Shown piece after piece: positions 50,960-64,000 of a stretch of 64,000 nt of DNA. This DNA comes from Nymphaea colorata (Eukaryota). Under the pieces are notes generated by a model. The model was not told where the DNA came from and made no database searches. It saw only the letters and a program-made list of their open reading frames with translations. Positions within the stretch are counted from its first letter, which is position 1; every line of letters begins with the position of its first letter. Where the stretch lies: NCBI RefSeq assembly GCF_008831285.2, contig NC_045138.2, positions 13,144,001 through 13,208,000 on the forward strand. The letters are read 5' to 3'. Both the position numbers and the translations under genes were made by a program.

Positions 50960-53900
50960 ATATTAGTGTTGGTTAGCGCACACAGCCATCCCTTGTCGTT
51001 CCTTGAGAAAACTAGAGAAGAACGGAGAAGGCTGGAGAGAACTTCATTTTCTATTGATCCCTTTGAACGTATATATAGTACAAGAAAGGCATCGTTACAA
51101 TAAGTTATCAACACCCGATTTTAGGAACAAAGATCATGTTCATCCATATCTTTCCATGTGTATCCCTATTCTCTCGAGGCGATCATGTGCATCTTAATCC
51201 ACTGAGAATGGCGATCATGTGCATCTTAATCCACTGAGAATGATGCGTAACAGCTCTTGCTTAGGGCTGTGATGCTTTATCCTTGACACTCCCCCTCAAA
51301 CTGAGGCATAAAGATTCTTTACGCCCAGTTTGGATAACAAATGTTTGAATGCCTCTTTGCCTAACGCCTTGGTAAAGATATCAGCTAGCTGCTTTTTGCT
51401 TCTGACATAGCATGTTCTGATTTCACCTTGACTGATTTTTTCTCGTACTAAATGACAATCAATGTCAATATGTTTGGTGCGTTCATGAAATACTGGATTG
51501 GCTGCAATATGTATTGCGGCTTGATTATCGCAATACAAATTTACTGGTTGTGAGTGTTGGACACCTAAGTCGGATAATAAATATTTTAACCATGTTACCT
51601 CACAAACAGCATTTGCCATTGCTCGGTATTCTGCCTCAGCAGAAGAGCGAGACACAGTGGACTGTTTCTTTGTTTTCCATGATATGAGAGATGCTCCAAG
51701 GAGAACACAATAGCCAGTGACGGATCTTCGTGTTTCATGACAGGCAGCCCAATCTGAGTTACAAAATACACTAACTTGAAAATTATTTTCTTTGCCCAAT
51801 AAAATGCCCTGTCCTGGATTCATTTTAATAAATCTGACAAGTCTCAAGGCAACTTGAAAATGTGATTCCTTTGGTGCATGCATGGAACGACTTAGAACAT
51901 GAACGGCAAACTGAATATCTGGTCTCGTGATACTCAAATAAATAAGACGTCCAACCAGTCTTCTATATTTCATCGGATCCTTCATTTCTTTACTTTGAGT
52001 AGTATCCAGATCATGTTTCTGCTCCATGGGAATTTATGCTGGCTTTGCGCCTAACAATCCGACCTCATTTATAATGTTGAGTGCATAATTTTGTTGTGAA
52101 ATGTATATTCCTTCGGATGATCGGGCAATTTCCAGCCCCAAAAAATACTTAAGATTGCCAAGATCTTTCATGCGAAACTTTTGGCACAAGAAAGACTTAA
52201 ATTTTTCAACAAAATCCTCCATATTACCGGCAATGATCAAGTCGTCCACATATACTAAAACAGCCAAAAAGGCATCTCCTTGTTTAAGAGTAAATAGCGT
52301 GTGATCTGCTTTGGATTGTATAAACCCAAATTCCTTAAGCGCCATAGATAACTTGTGAAACCAATTTCTTGGAGACTGCTTAAGGCCGTAGAGAGATTTG
52401 TGAAGCTTACACACTAAGTGCTCCCCCTTACGGCCGTATCCTTGTGGTACCTGCATATACACTTCCTCAAGCAAATCTCCATGTAGGAAGGCATTATTTA
52501 CATCCATTTGATATAATAACCAACCTTTTGCAGCAGTGATGGAAAGGAGGGTTCGAACTGTTACCATTTTGGCGACTGGCGCAAATGTTTCATTGTAATC
52601 TAATCCCTCTTTCTGTGAAAATCCTTTTGCTACCAGACGAGCCTTGTATCGTTCGATGGATCCATCCGACCGAAATTTTACTTTGTATACCCATTTACAA
52701 GCGATGGGTTGGATGCCTGCTGGTAGAGTAGTCAAAGTCCACGTTTTATTGTCCCGTAATGCACTTATTTCTAAGTCCATGGCATCTCGCCACTCTTTAA
52801 GTTTACTGGCCTCTTCATAGGATTCTGGTTCAGAAATTGAGGCTAAAGAGGCTAAAAAAATGGAGTGTTGAGAAGAGAAACGATGTAAAGAAGTAAACTT
52901 GGAGAGAGGATACTTTGTACCTGTTACAGGATTTGCCATCGAGTCGCCGTTGATCAAAGATGTCGAAATTAGAGAACAATAAAAATCTTTCATCCAAGTG
53001 GGTGACCTTTTTTGACGAGAGGATCTTCTAAGGTGTTCATTTGGCTCAGATCCCAAGGCTTGGTTTGATTGCATGGTTTCTCTATTGATGAGTTGTATGT
53101 CATGCAAAAGTATATCATGAGGTGGAACATGTGTCTCACTACTTGTAGACATGCTCGGGTCTTCACTAACATCAGCCGTAGGTGACACTTCATCGAATGG
53201 GCCAACCATACTTTCCTGGGTTATTGGCATAGGCAAAACAATCGATCTTTCTTCCTCCATGACTTGTTGGAATGGAAAAATATTTTCATAGAAAACAACG
53301 TCCCGATTAGTGAAAACTCTCTTATTTTCTAAATCATAGACCTTATATGTTTTCTGTCCCTCAGGATAACCAATAAAGATGCATTTATGCGCTCTAGTTT
53401 CGAATTTGCCTTTGTTGTGATTGTTGTTGGTAACATAGCAAAGAGAGCCAAAGACACGTAGATGTTCAAAGGATGGTTTTTTTTTAAATAATTTTTCAAA
53501 TGGTGCTATGCCTCCCAGTGTAGGTGTAGGAATACGATTAATAAGATAGGTGGCCGTTAAAACACATTCGCCCCAAAACTGAATTGGTAAATTTGCTTCA
53601 AAACGGAGGGCCCTTGCTACTTCAAGAAGATGACGATGTTTGCGTTCTACCACTCCATTTTGCTGTGGTGTAGCGACACAACTATGTTGGTGAATAGTAC
53701 CTTGTTGATTGAGGAAGAATTGCATTTCATGAGAAAAAAACTCGGTACCATTATCAGTTCTCACATTTTTAATGATGACACCAAATTGATTTTTTATCAA
53801 CGCAAAAAAATTTTTCACAAGATATAATGTTTCATGTTTGTGTCTCATTAAAAAAATCCATGTAACACGAGTAAAATCATCTACAACACTCAAGAAATAA

Positions 53901-54180
53901 TGTGCTCCGGTAAAAGTTGACTGTGAATAGGGACCCCAAATGTCACAATGAATTAATTCAAAAGGCTCCTTAGTAGAAATATCACTTAAATCAAATTTCA
54001 AACGTGTTTGTTTTGCGCATCGCAACAAATATCTTTATTTAAGTAGCAATTCATCCCTAAATAAGAACTAACTAACCGAAGTAGAGAAGTTGAAAGATGA
54101 CCAAATCGCCTATGCCATAGGTTTGGAGATGAAGTTAGGACAAAACATTTTGTAGGTGACGCCAATGATTTAAATTCATA
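50960..54180 (-). mobile_element. 5'-truncated Ty1/Copia element (GAG-pre-integrase, integrase, RT, RNase H, PPT, 3' LTR)
   Basis: ORFs 54028-52034 and 52027-51296 are in frame, separated by one TAA. LWHRRFGH lies upstream. PPT GAGGGGGAG is followed by TGTCA at 51288. The outer LTR boundary is approximate; no gag or 5' LTR. Confidence 0.92.
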
Positions 54181-55218
54181 TAGTCCTCCTCTTTCTTCAC
54201 GGCACCCACCGCCGCAGCAGATGATGACCCTTCTTCTCTTGGCTTTCTGCGTGTGCACCTGAGCGAGGTTGTAGAGCCTGACAGTGATGTTCTCATGAAG
54301 CCTTTCGCACGCCAGGAAATCGGCATGCTCATCCTCAACCCCTTCCAGGGGATACTCGGCCGAGGGGGAGTGAGCTACAACGGCGTCCCTCGAACATCAC
54401 GCAGTGGTCGTAGTCGCACGCGGAGACTATAACACGCCCTCCATTGCTGATGGTTACAACGTACGGGATGGTCAGGCTCTGGGGCTGAAGAAGACGATGA
54501 GGCCTTGCCGCTTGCAGTGCAGGATGCACAGTACCAGTTCTCGGTTCGTATAAGACTGGCAAACAAAGAACGTGATATCTAACAATGATCAGCATTCGTG
54601 CAAATGCTAAAAAATGCCAATCAGCAACATTTTATCAAATTATCAAGCACACCATATCTAACTATGAAAGTCTTCAGCACTGAAGAACATCCGATCGCCA
54701 TTGCCTAACATGGAGCAAGAATTATATTTACACATGTTACGATAGACAAGCACCGGGAGATTAGTACTAGATGGTAAGTTTACTAGATTATACCATTATT
54801 TCTCTTCTCTTGCACGTGGTGCAGCTCAATAGATTTTTGTAGTATCCGTGTGAGCACTTGTTCTTGGATTACGCATATACTAAGAAATCTGATTTTCATA
54901 GCTAAGTCCACTCTGCCAATTTACAAAATATTTTCTTTCCGGCTTTCATAACAAATGGAGCTTATACGATCTCTAATCCCGAATCTCTTCAAAATATCCA
55001 CACGTCACAGCGGACTTGAATATATTCAAGACTCCATGATGAACAAATGAAGATCAATCTCCAAACAAATTGAACAATGCGACTCACTGCACTACAAAAT
55101 GGGGAGAGGGGGTCAGTTGCAGGTGGATCTTCCCCTGGATAACCCATCTCTTTTTCTACGGGTCAAAGTGCACATAGTTCCCTTCATTTTGGATGAGTCA
55201 TTCTTCCTCTTGGGTTGA

Positions 55219-55499
55219 TGTGAATTTTCCTCATAAAAGACGTAAAGAGGAAGAAACGTAAAGGAGGGAAAGACTTAAGGCAGAATGGGTGAGTCTATTA
55301 ATTCCTTCCATTCTATTGTGCCATATATATACAATGGTTTTATTACAACGGTACAAGAGTAAACATCATTAACGAGAAGGTGTTAAACTTGGAAAGGAGA
55401 GGAAGAGAGACGTTTGAGAGAGAAGTTGAAAAATTTGAACGTTGTAAGGTCGTTTAGATTATGCGACCTCTTGATCCAACGTTACAACTAAATTTAACA
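55219..55499 (-). repeat. 3' LTR of the full-length Copia
   Basis: About 13 mismatches in 281 bp versus 59886-60166 (manual count). Confidence 0.96.
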
Positions 55500-58400
55500 C
55501 TCTCCCTCAAACTGGTGTGTAAAGACTTGTGACACCCATTTTGCATAGAAGATGATTAAAACCTTCTTTTCCAAGCGCCTTAGAAAATAAATCGGCTATT
55601 TGATCCTTGCTTCGAATATAGCACGTTCGTATGATCCCTTCAACCAATTTCTCTCGTACGACATGACAGTCAAGTTCAATGTGTTTTGTCCGTTCATGAA
55701 ACACTAGATTTGCAACAATATGTAATGCAACTTGATTGTCGCAGTATACAGTTACTGGCGATATTTGACTAAAACCTATGTCATGTAATAGGTATCTTAA
55801 ACATGTTATCTTAAAGACTACATTTGCCATTGATCTGTATTCTGCTTCTGCGGATGATCTGGATACCGTGTTTTGTTTCTTTGTCTTCCAAGATATGGGC
55901 ACTGATCCAAGAAAAACACAATAACCGGTGACAGAACGCCGTGTTTGTTGACATGCGGCCCAATCTGAATCACAGAAAGCACTTAATTGTATATTATTTT
56001 CTTTCTTCATAAGAATGCCTTGACCCGGATGCTTTTTGAGGTAACGGATGACGCAGAACGCTGCTTGTAAATGTGGTAGTCGAGGTTGTTGCATAAATCT
56101 GCTTAACACATGCACAGCATATTGTATGTAGTAATACTCAAATATATTAACCTCCCAACAATTCGACGGTATTGTGTCGGATCCTTAATGAAGTCTCCAT
56201 GTTCGATGTCTAAGTTATGCTTTTGTTCCATAGGGGTATCAGCCGGTTTTGCTCCCAAAAGACCTGCTTCATGAATAATGTCAGTAGTATATTTTTGTTG
56301 AGAAATATATATTCTTTTGGTTGAGCGAGCAATTTCAATTCCTAAAAAGTATTTGGGTTTGCCCAAATCTTTCATGTGAAACTTTTTGCATAAGAAGGTT
56401 TTGAAATTGTCAATTGCTGCTTCTGTATTACCCGCAATTATTAAATCATTGACATATATTAAGATAGCAATAAAAACCTTACCAAGTCTAAAGGTGAATA
56501 ATGTATGATCAGCTTTGGATTGTACGAACCCGTATTCTTCAAGGAAAGTTGAAAGTTTATAAAATCAATTTCTTGGAGATTGTTTCAAACCATAAAGAGA
56601 TTTGTGCAATTTACATACATGGTTCTCCCCCTGTTTTGAGTATCCTTGTGGTATTTTCATGTATACTTCTTCAAGTAGGTCTCCATGTAAGAATGCATTA
56701 TTAACATCCATTTGGCACATGATCCAATCTTAGTTGGCTGCAATAGTGAAGAAGGTACGTACCGTTACCATCTTTGCAACGGGTGCAAAAGTTTCGTTAT
56801 AGTTCAGCCCCTCTTGTTGAGAATATCCTTTAGCGACCAAACGAGCTTTATATCTTTCAATGGATCCATCCGATCTCAACTTGATCTTGTAGACTCATTT
56901 ACTCCCAATTGGGTTCACTACTTTTGGAAGCGTTGTAATGGTCCAAGTCTTATTCTCTTGAAATGCACGAATTTCGCAATTCATGACATCTCTCCATTCC
57001 TCGTACTTAACGGCTTCTTCATAAGTTTGAGGCTAAGATTTTGACATAAGAGAGGTGAGAAACGCAAAATGTTTATTAGAAAAGCGTTGAAAAGAAATAA
57101 ACATGTTTAAGTCATACCTTGGTCCTTGTTGGCGACCTGACATGATAGTGTTATCGGTTGAAGGTGAGGCGAAGAGGGTACAAAAATAATCCTTCAACAA
57201 AGTTGTGGGTTTTCTGATCCGAGCGGATCTCCTAATGGGTCTGGAAGTCTGATTAGGATCAAGAGAAGGGTTTGGCTCGTTGGATTCTATGGGTACAATA
57301 GAGTCTCCATGATGTTCAAGATTCAAAGGATTTTCATTCTCTAAGTATGTTGGTTCTAGATCTAGTGGTGTGCTAGAGAATGTTCTATTGGTTTCCTCTT
57401 GGTAGTTAACTTCGTCTTGGATGTAAGGTATGGGTAAAACAATTTTATTTTCGTCATCTTTTTTGTTTTGGAAAGGAAAGATATGTTCATAAAAAATAAC
57501 GTCACGATTAGAAAACACTTTGTGAGTTTCTATGTCATACAACTTGTATGCTTTTTGCCCCTCGTGATGTCCAATAAATTTGCATTTGGATGCCCGAGGC
57601 TCAAATTTATCCTTTTTGTGATTAGTGTTAGTGGCGTAGCATAGAAAGCCAAATATTTTCAAGTGTTTAATATTGGGTTTTTTCTTGAACAACCTTTCAA
57701 AAAAAGTTTTTCCATCAAGTTTTGAAGAGGGAATACGATTTATCAAATAGGCAGCCGTTAAAATGCATTCTCCCCAAAAACGTATAGGAACATTTGATTC
57801 AAACCAAAGAGCCCTAGCAACCTCGAGAAGGTGTCTATGCTTACGTTCTACTACATCATTTTGTTGTGGTGTAGTAACACAACTGTGTTGATGAGTAGTC
57901 CCTTGATTTTGTAAAAAATCTTTTATTTTGAGTGAGAAAAACTCAATCTCATTATCTGATTGTAAAGATTTAATGTGACAGTTAAATTGTGTTTTGATTA
58001 AGGCGAAAAAAATTTTGATGACATGGAGCGTTTTGTACTTATGCCTCGTCAAGAAAATCCAAGTGGCACGTGAAAAATCATCTACAATACTAAGAAAATA
58101 GTATGCACCAGAAATAGTGGATTGGGTGTAAGGACCCCAAATATCACAATGTATCAAATCAAAAGGATGAATCATAGAAATATCACTCAAATCAAACTTA
58201 AGTCGTGTCTGTTTTGCACGATGGCACACATCACACATATGATCATTATTCAAATCAAGACAAACATAAATTTTTGTTCACTAATTTCAGACCGCAAGAA
58301 GAAAGATGACATAATTTGTTATGCCATAGTTCATGTGAAGAAAGAGAAAAATAGGTGTGAGAACACATTGATCCTTGTTGAAGAACATATAGACCGTTTT

Positions 58401-59885
58401 TCGCCTCACCCTGACCAATCGTCATCTTCGATGCCAGGTCCTGGATAAAGCAGTAGTCAGAAAAAAAAAATTACAGAACACTTTAGGTTCTTTGTGAGTT
58501 CACTAACAGATAGTAAATTAACTTTAAATGATGGTATGCATAATACGTTGTCTATTTCAAAAGAAAACATATATATCTTACCCATTTGATGTACAAGAAG
58601 GGTTCTCTCATTTGGTAATGTCACAGGTACATTACACATTTTTAAATCATGAAGTGCATGCAAATTAGAGCATATATGTTGATTGGCTCCCGAATCTATA
58701 ATCCATGTAAGAAAATATAAATTTGTTGAACCAATGTTACCTGTGTGAGCTACATTACCTGCAAAATTGATGTTGACTGGCTGATCCTTCACCAAAGATA
58801 GAAGTCTGTGATATTGTTCAAGGGTGAAGGCTGGTGCAACGCTCTTACTATCATGTCCTCCACTGCCTTGACCATAGACATCATTGGAAAATCTGCATTT
58901 TAGATCTGAGTTGATTTGTTTTTGACTTACGCTAGCTGCAACATTTTTGTTTAAAATTGAGATCATAAAGACGGTGGCCTGGTGGATACCCAATCAGTTT
59001 GAAACATTTTTCTTTGATGTGTCCGACCCCTTGACAAAAACTGCATATTGGCCATTGTCGTCCTCGTTGAAATCCAGCACCATTATGTCGGTGGAACCTT
59101 TTGTCGTGGCTGGCTTTCATGATAGCTAAGGCAGTGGCTCCTTCATTTGCCGAATTGGAAAAACGTGTTTCCCATTGTTTTTCTTCTTGTAGTACCATAG
59201 CGTAGACTTTATTTATATTTGGAAGAGGGTCAACAAGTAGAATCTGCCCTCTGATTGAATTGTAAGAGTCGTTTAGACCCATAAGAAATTGCATGACACA
59301 TTCTCTTTGGATTTGATCAGAACATGCCTTCATGGCACCGCAAGAGCAAATAGGAACAAGAGAGTAGGAACCAAGTTCATCCCAAAGAGCCTTTAGTTTA
59401 GTATAATACGATGCAACAGTCCTGCTGTAATTGAAAAACCCGGGGAGCAAGACTTTGTGTGAAACGCTCTTTCAAATCTTGCCAGACTTCTCTAGCATTA
59501 GTTGAGTATATGATGCTTGCTAAAATGTCATTGGTGACAGAATTCAGAATCCAAGACAATACAAGATTATTGCATCTGACCCACAAACGGTGGTTAGGAT
59601 CATTCTTACGTGGTTCTATAATTGAACCATCTATAAATCTGATCTTGTTTTTCGCTGAGAGAGCCATCACCATGGCTTTACTCCACGTTCCATAATTTTC
59701 TCCATTAAAACTTTGAGACACCAAAGCATTTCCAGGATTATAGAATGATGAATATAAAAGGGATCAGACAACACCTGGATATCGGCACCGTTGATGTTGA
59801 AATCTGCATCATCACCAGCCGGACAACCATCGTTGATCTCCTCAGAGGCGTGTTCTGCCATTGAACTCAATGCTCTCTCATACCA

Positions 59886-60166
59886 TGTGAATTTTCCTCA
59901 TGAAAGACGTAAAGAGGAAGAAACGTAAAGGAGGGAAAGACTCAACGCAGAATGGGCGAGTCTATTAATTCCTTCCATTCCATTGTGCCATATATATACA
60001 ATGGTTTTATTACAACAGTACAAGAGGAAACATCCTTATCGAGAAGGTGTTAAAGTTGGAAAGGAGAGGAAGAGAGACGTTTGAGAGAGACGTTGAAAAA
60101 TTTGAACGTTGTAAGGTCGTTTAGATTGTGCGACCTATTGATCCAACGTTACAACTAAATTTAACA
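59886..60166 (-). repeat. 5' LTR of the full-length Copia
   Basis: Adjacent to the PBS; matches 55219-55499. Confidence 0.96.
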
Positions 60167-63100
60167 GTCGAAGGCAATGGAGATAGAGGAATCAGGCACC
60201 GGGGGGAAGATGTTTGATGATTGATGTGGGTGAAGCTCGAGCAAATTTTTGATGAACTTTAACAGAGTTTTTTTTTTTTTCTCTGTCAAAAATCTCTGTA
60301 ACGGGATAAAAACAAATGCTGGCAACTTTTCTATGTCGTATGGAAGAATGACGAAAATCTGGAAAGTTACTCACACTGACACACCTCCAGAGGTGACCTT
60401 TTTTCTAGAAAACATTATTTCAATATGGCTGAAGGGTAGCTGATGTTTTTTTATTGTCGTGAGTGGCTGAGCAGGTGAAATTCCATTCATTGGGTACACC
60501 CGAAACTTTTCCTGGCTAGTTGAACTCCCCATAATGTTCGATGCCCGGGATTTTTTTTTGCGTTACCGGTGAAAAGTCTAGGCTTCCATGGTGTACAAAC
60601 AAAAGGCAATCAAACATGGGATAAAATCATCCTATACTCCTCATCGATCCCATCCTTCCAACTTTTCAAGGAGAAGATCGAACAAGTCGGACGCCAAGAG
60701 CCTCCGGCTTTTCAAAGGGCTGGCCCTTCAGCACATGCTCTCCATGTCTAATCTCTCATGCACGTGTTAGTTTCTGTTTCTAAAATAATATAACGACTGC
60801 GTTTAGATTATCTTTCTTGATAAATAGTTCTCTGGTCACTAAAAATCAAACAACATATGTACTTGAAGAGTTTTCCAGAAAACAACATTGGCCCAATTCA
60901 GAAGTAAAATAAACTCAAAACAATTAAATGGCTTATGGTTACAACGATTTGAATAAAAATAACCAGATTTGTCCTCTTTATACTTCAAAGAAATAACACT
61001 ACCATATAAACGTAAAAGAAAACCATCGGTGCAGCAACCTAGATTATGATGCCAAAAGATTCTCCCATACTGGACGAAAAAGGAGATATAGCACCAAGTG
61101 ACAGGGGGAGCCTCGTCAACATGGGAATAGTCCACATGTCTGATCTCTTCTTTCAATATGCATATCACCTTCTTCATGCAAAGATTGATTACAGAGAAAT
61201 CAAAATGAAGATAAGGAGAGTATTTGATCAATTAATTAAGATACTAAAACAAGATCATATTTTATGATAATCGTAAGTTTGAGTTCTGAGCAACTAACTA
61301 ATACCCAATATAGTGAGTCAAAATTCTCACCACCATTGATAATTATCTTGATAATTACCTTTTGCATAGCCCCAGAAATTGACATGTGAAAACTTAACCC
61401 CAACCCAAATTGATTGAATGTAGAATTTCTGGGAGCCATAATCTAATGAACTAACTGGCCCTGAGCTGCATGAAAAGAGACAACGATTATTTGTTCCCGA
61501 CACTTAATTGATATTTTTGAATATGTTCAAATTATTTATCGTCGAGATCAGATGGGCGATCTAGAGAGAGAATGAGAAATGCATGAAGCTGGATTATAGA
61601 AGAGAACAAGTAAAGTATCTCGAAAAGTAACTGTAGCTGCAGGGGCCATGCCCCCCGCTCAAGTTTTGAAATTTTTAAAAATCTATCTTTTAATTTTTCC
61701 AAAAATTTTAGTTAGGCCACAATAAAACTTTCTAAAAGATAAAGGTTTTTCCCTCTTGAAAGTTTTATTTAGTGGTTGTACGACCGTTCCCTCCCCCTCT
61801 CTAGAGATGAAATCCTGGCTCCGCGCCTGTAAATTGTGTTTAAGCTATTCCCAAGCCTAGGTAATGAAGCGTGTAATTTTAACACAATACCACTCTACAG
61901 TGTTCCATGAGGCATGGAGAGAGCAGTAAAGGCATGACGGCGTGACGCCTCAGTTCCATCATTTTATGGGAGGCTCCCATTTGTACTCGTGTTTTATTGA
62001 TGTCTATCCAATCTCTATAAGTTGGAGTCTTGGAAAGGTTATGATATGGAGAAAACTGGAAAGAGGAAAGGCAAAACTGTTAAGGGAGATTAGCTATTCC
62101 AACTTCAAAACTAAAAGGACATTAATTTTTTTTTTTTGAAAAAAAAAGAGCATATTCGATAATAATACTAGAAAATTAGATTTTAAAGATGCAGTGAGCA
62201 GATTCAGTTGACCAATAACACACATGAGAAATTAAAGAAGAAATCATTGTATTGTTTGCCAGGAAAAGAAAGGCATATATTTAAGGCCGAGAGGTATTGT
62301 TTCTCACGTCTCAAGAAAATCTGTTGAAGCTTGAATTTGTTCATTTTCATACTTTCAGAGAAAAGGGATCCTTTCATCGTCTCAGTGCAGATTCACATAT
62401 GCATACCCTTCATTTTAACATTTATTGGAGTAGGCACCAAGCCCATTTCGCTTGATGTCAAAATGCGGAGAAACGTGCATATTTGATTACCTACACACAC
62501 ACGCGCAAAAGGAATGCAAATGTAAGTTTTCAGTTTTGTCTATACATAAAGAATTCAAGTATAAATATGCACATACCCACCAATTTTTTGAAAAGAACGC
62601 TGCTTTTTTCGTGCCTGGGCCTAATCCAATATCAGGCTCAGTCCATGGCCTGCTCAACTCAACTACTTCTCTGCTGCTCGTCTTTTTGTTTCCCGCCGCG
62701 GAAAGTTCAGCATTGGTTCGCCTTGCTAATGAAAGAGTCATACCGTCCTTAGCCTAGACATGAGAGGGGTTGTACTTTACCTTTCAGAACGAAATCCCCC
62801 AATTTTGGGGGATCTGCAGAGTGTTCAATCAAAAGAATGAAATTTCTCCCTTGTTCCCTTTCCCTCGGAACAAGAGAAACAAAAGTCGACACAGAGACAA
62901 GTCATGCAGGTGACAAGTATATGCGGATAGATGGGGAAAAATATGTGGATCAAGCACATGCCAATTTCAATACCTCAAAATTTGTTGTCCCAATAAATTG
63001 AATTGAATTTTAGTGACTGTGGATGTTAGGGGAGCACAACAGCGGTTTTCCAGAGATGCTTCTTCCATCATGTTCCCTTCCTGCTGTTATTTGCTACAGA

Positions 63101-64000
63101 ACAACTGTCACCTTGCTCTTTCGACCAGCTGTGGTCGGGCATGCGCACGAGTTGGCATACTCTTCCTTGCGGCTTTAAGATACGGTAGAGGGTCGCCGTA
63201 TTTTGTATTCCGTATTTCTAAGCAATATGATGAAAATACTTTTCATACTGTTACCAGAACGATCTACAATGCCAAAACACAAAAATATATAATCACACAA
63301 ACCCTGTTAGTAGTGGCAGAAGGAAGTCTTCTCCTTAAAATTAAACGGACTAACAGAAACGTCCAAGCTTGAGTTGCTTTGGCGTATGAATCCAAATAGC
63401 AGGTACGAACGAGTCTCCTCAAATGCAAAGGGTGGCTGTATGATTAACAGCATCATGCATTCCACGACCATTTAAATGTGTCATGCTGGTAAGACGGATT
63501 ACAATGTTTCAGCTGTTCGGCAGAGGAGGAACATCGGCAACCCAGATCATTATCTGCATCAATGATAATAGGCATGAAGGGAGAAATAACAAAACGACAT
63601 CATTTTGGTAAAAAGTAAAATCCATCGGTTTCGTAACTGAACCCTATCCATATATAAGCGTGTGCCCTTAATGTAATGGTAACAAGAGAGCATTCCCCGT
63701 GGCTGTACACCCTGAAGCCTCTCTCTCTCTCTCTCTCTCTCTTTACTTGTAGCCCAGCTGAACTTGGGATATCTTTCTTGTGCATGTCTTTTTGTCTCGT
63801 GTGTTCTTAATTTTGTGTCCTTTATTTGATCAACAATACGCAGGAAATCAAAGGCACGTTAATTCGTGATCACTTACACGCATGTTATGGAGGTATAGTT
63901 TTTCTTTTTTAAAGTAATTAAACGTGTGATCTAGATGCCAATTTGTGGCATAATATTTATAAGAGAAAATAAAATACAAGAGTGGAATTGATTCATAAGG

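Larger units (their letters stand above)
55219..60166 (-). mobile_element. Full-length but degenerate Ty1/Copia LTR retrotransposon
   Basis: Two 281-bp TG..CA LTRs, TSD GTTGA/GTCGA, degenerate Met PBS TGGTATGAGAGAGC (59885-59872), PPT at ~55500-55508, and gag-PR-IN-RT-RH order with frameshifts. Confidence 0.97.

Noticed and set aside
50534..51103. 189-aa ORF
   Set aside because: No recognisable domain, and it runs antisense into the Copia LTR.
61630..61830. MITE ending CCTGGCTCCGCGCCTG
   Set aside because: Only one TIR-like end is visible and no TSD.

Overview
Plant (angiosperm-type) nuclear DNA in three zones. (1) About 1-33 kb has no intact gene. It is a mosaic of decayed, intron-retaining fragments of unrelated host genes (type IA topoisomerase, TMEM184/DUF300, kinesin-7, fatty acyl-CoA reductase, phospholipase D and one unidentified gene), local direct and inverted duplications, a ~307-bp satellite, a Copia remnant and a hAT-like element. 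(2) About 33.45-37.9 kb is an endogenous badnavirus-like caulimovirid: RT-RNase H, two paralogous 3' ORFs, promoter region, tRNA-Met PBS, ORF1 remnant, ORF2 and the 5' part of ORF3. It is followed by an inverted RNase H fragment from a diverged virus variant and a ~176-bp (TTTAGGG)n array. Short telomere-like tracts also occur at internal viral breakpoints. (3) About 38-64 kb holds an intact 16-exon cytosolic pyruvate kinase gene (527 aa, minus strand), a 5'-truncated Copia and a full-length Copia with both LTRs. All family calls come from manual translation and recalled motifs; no database search was run.
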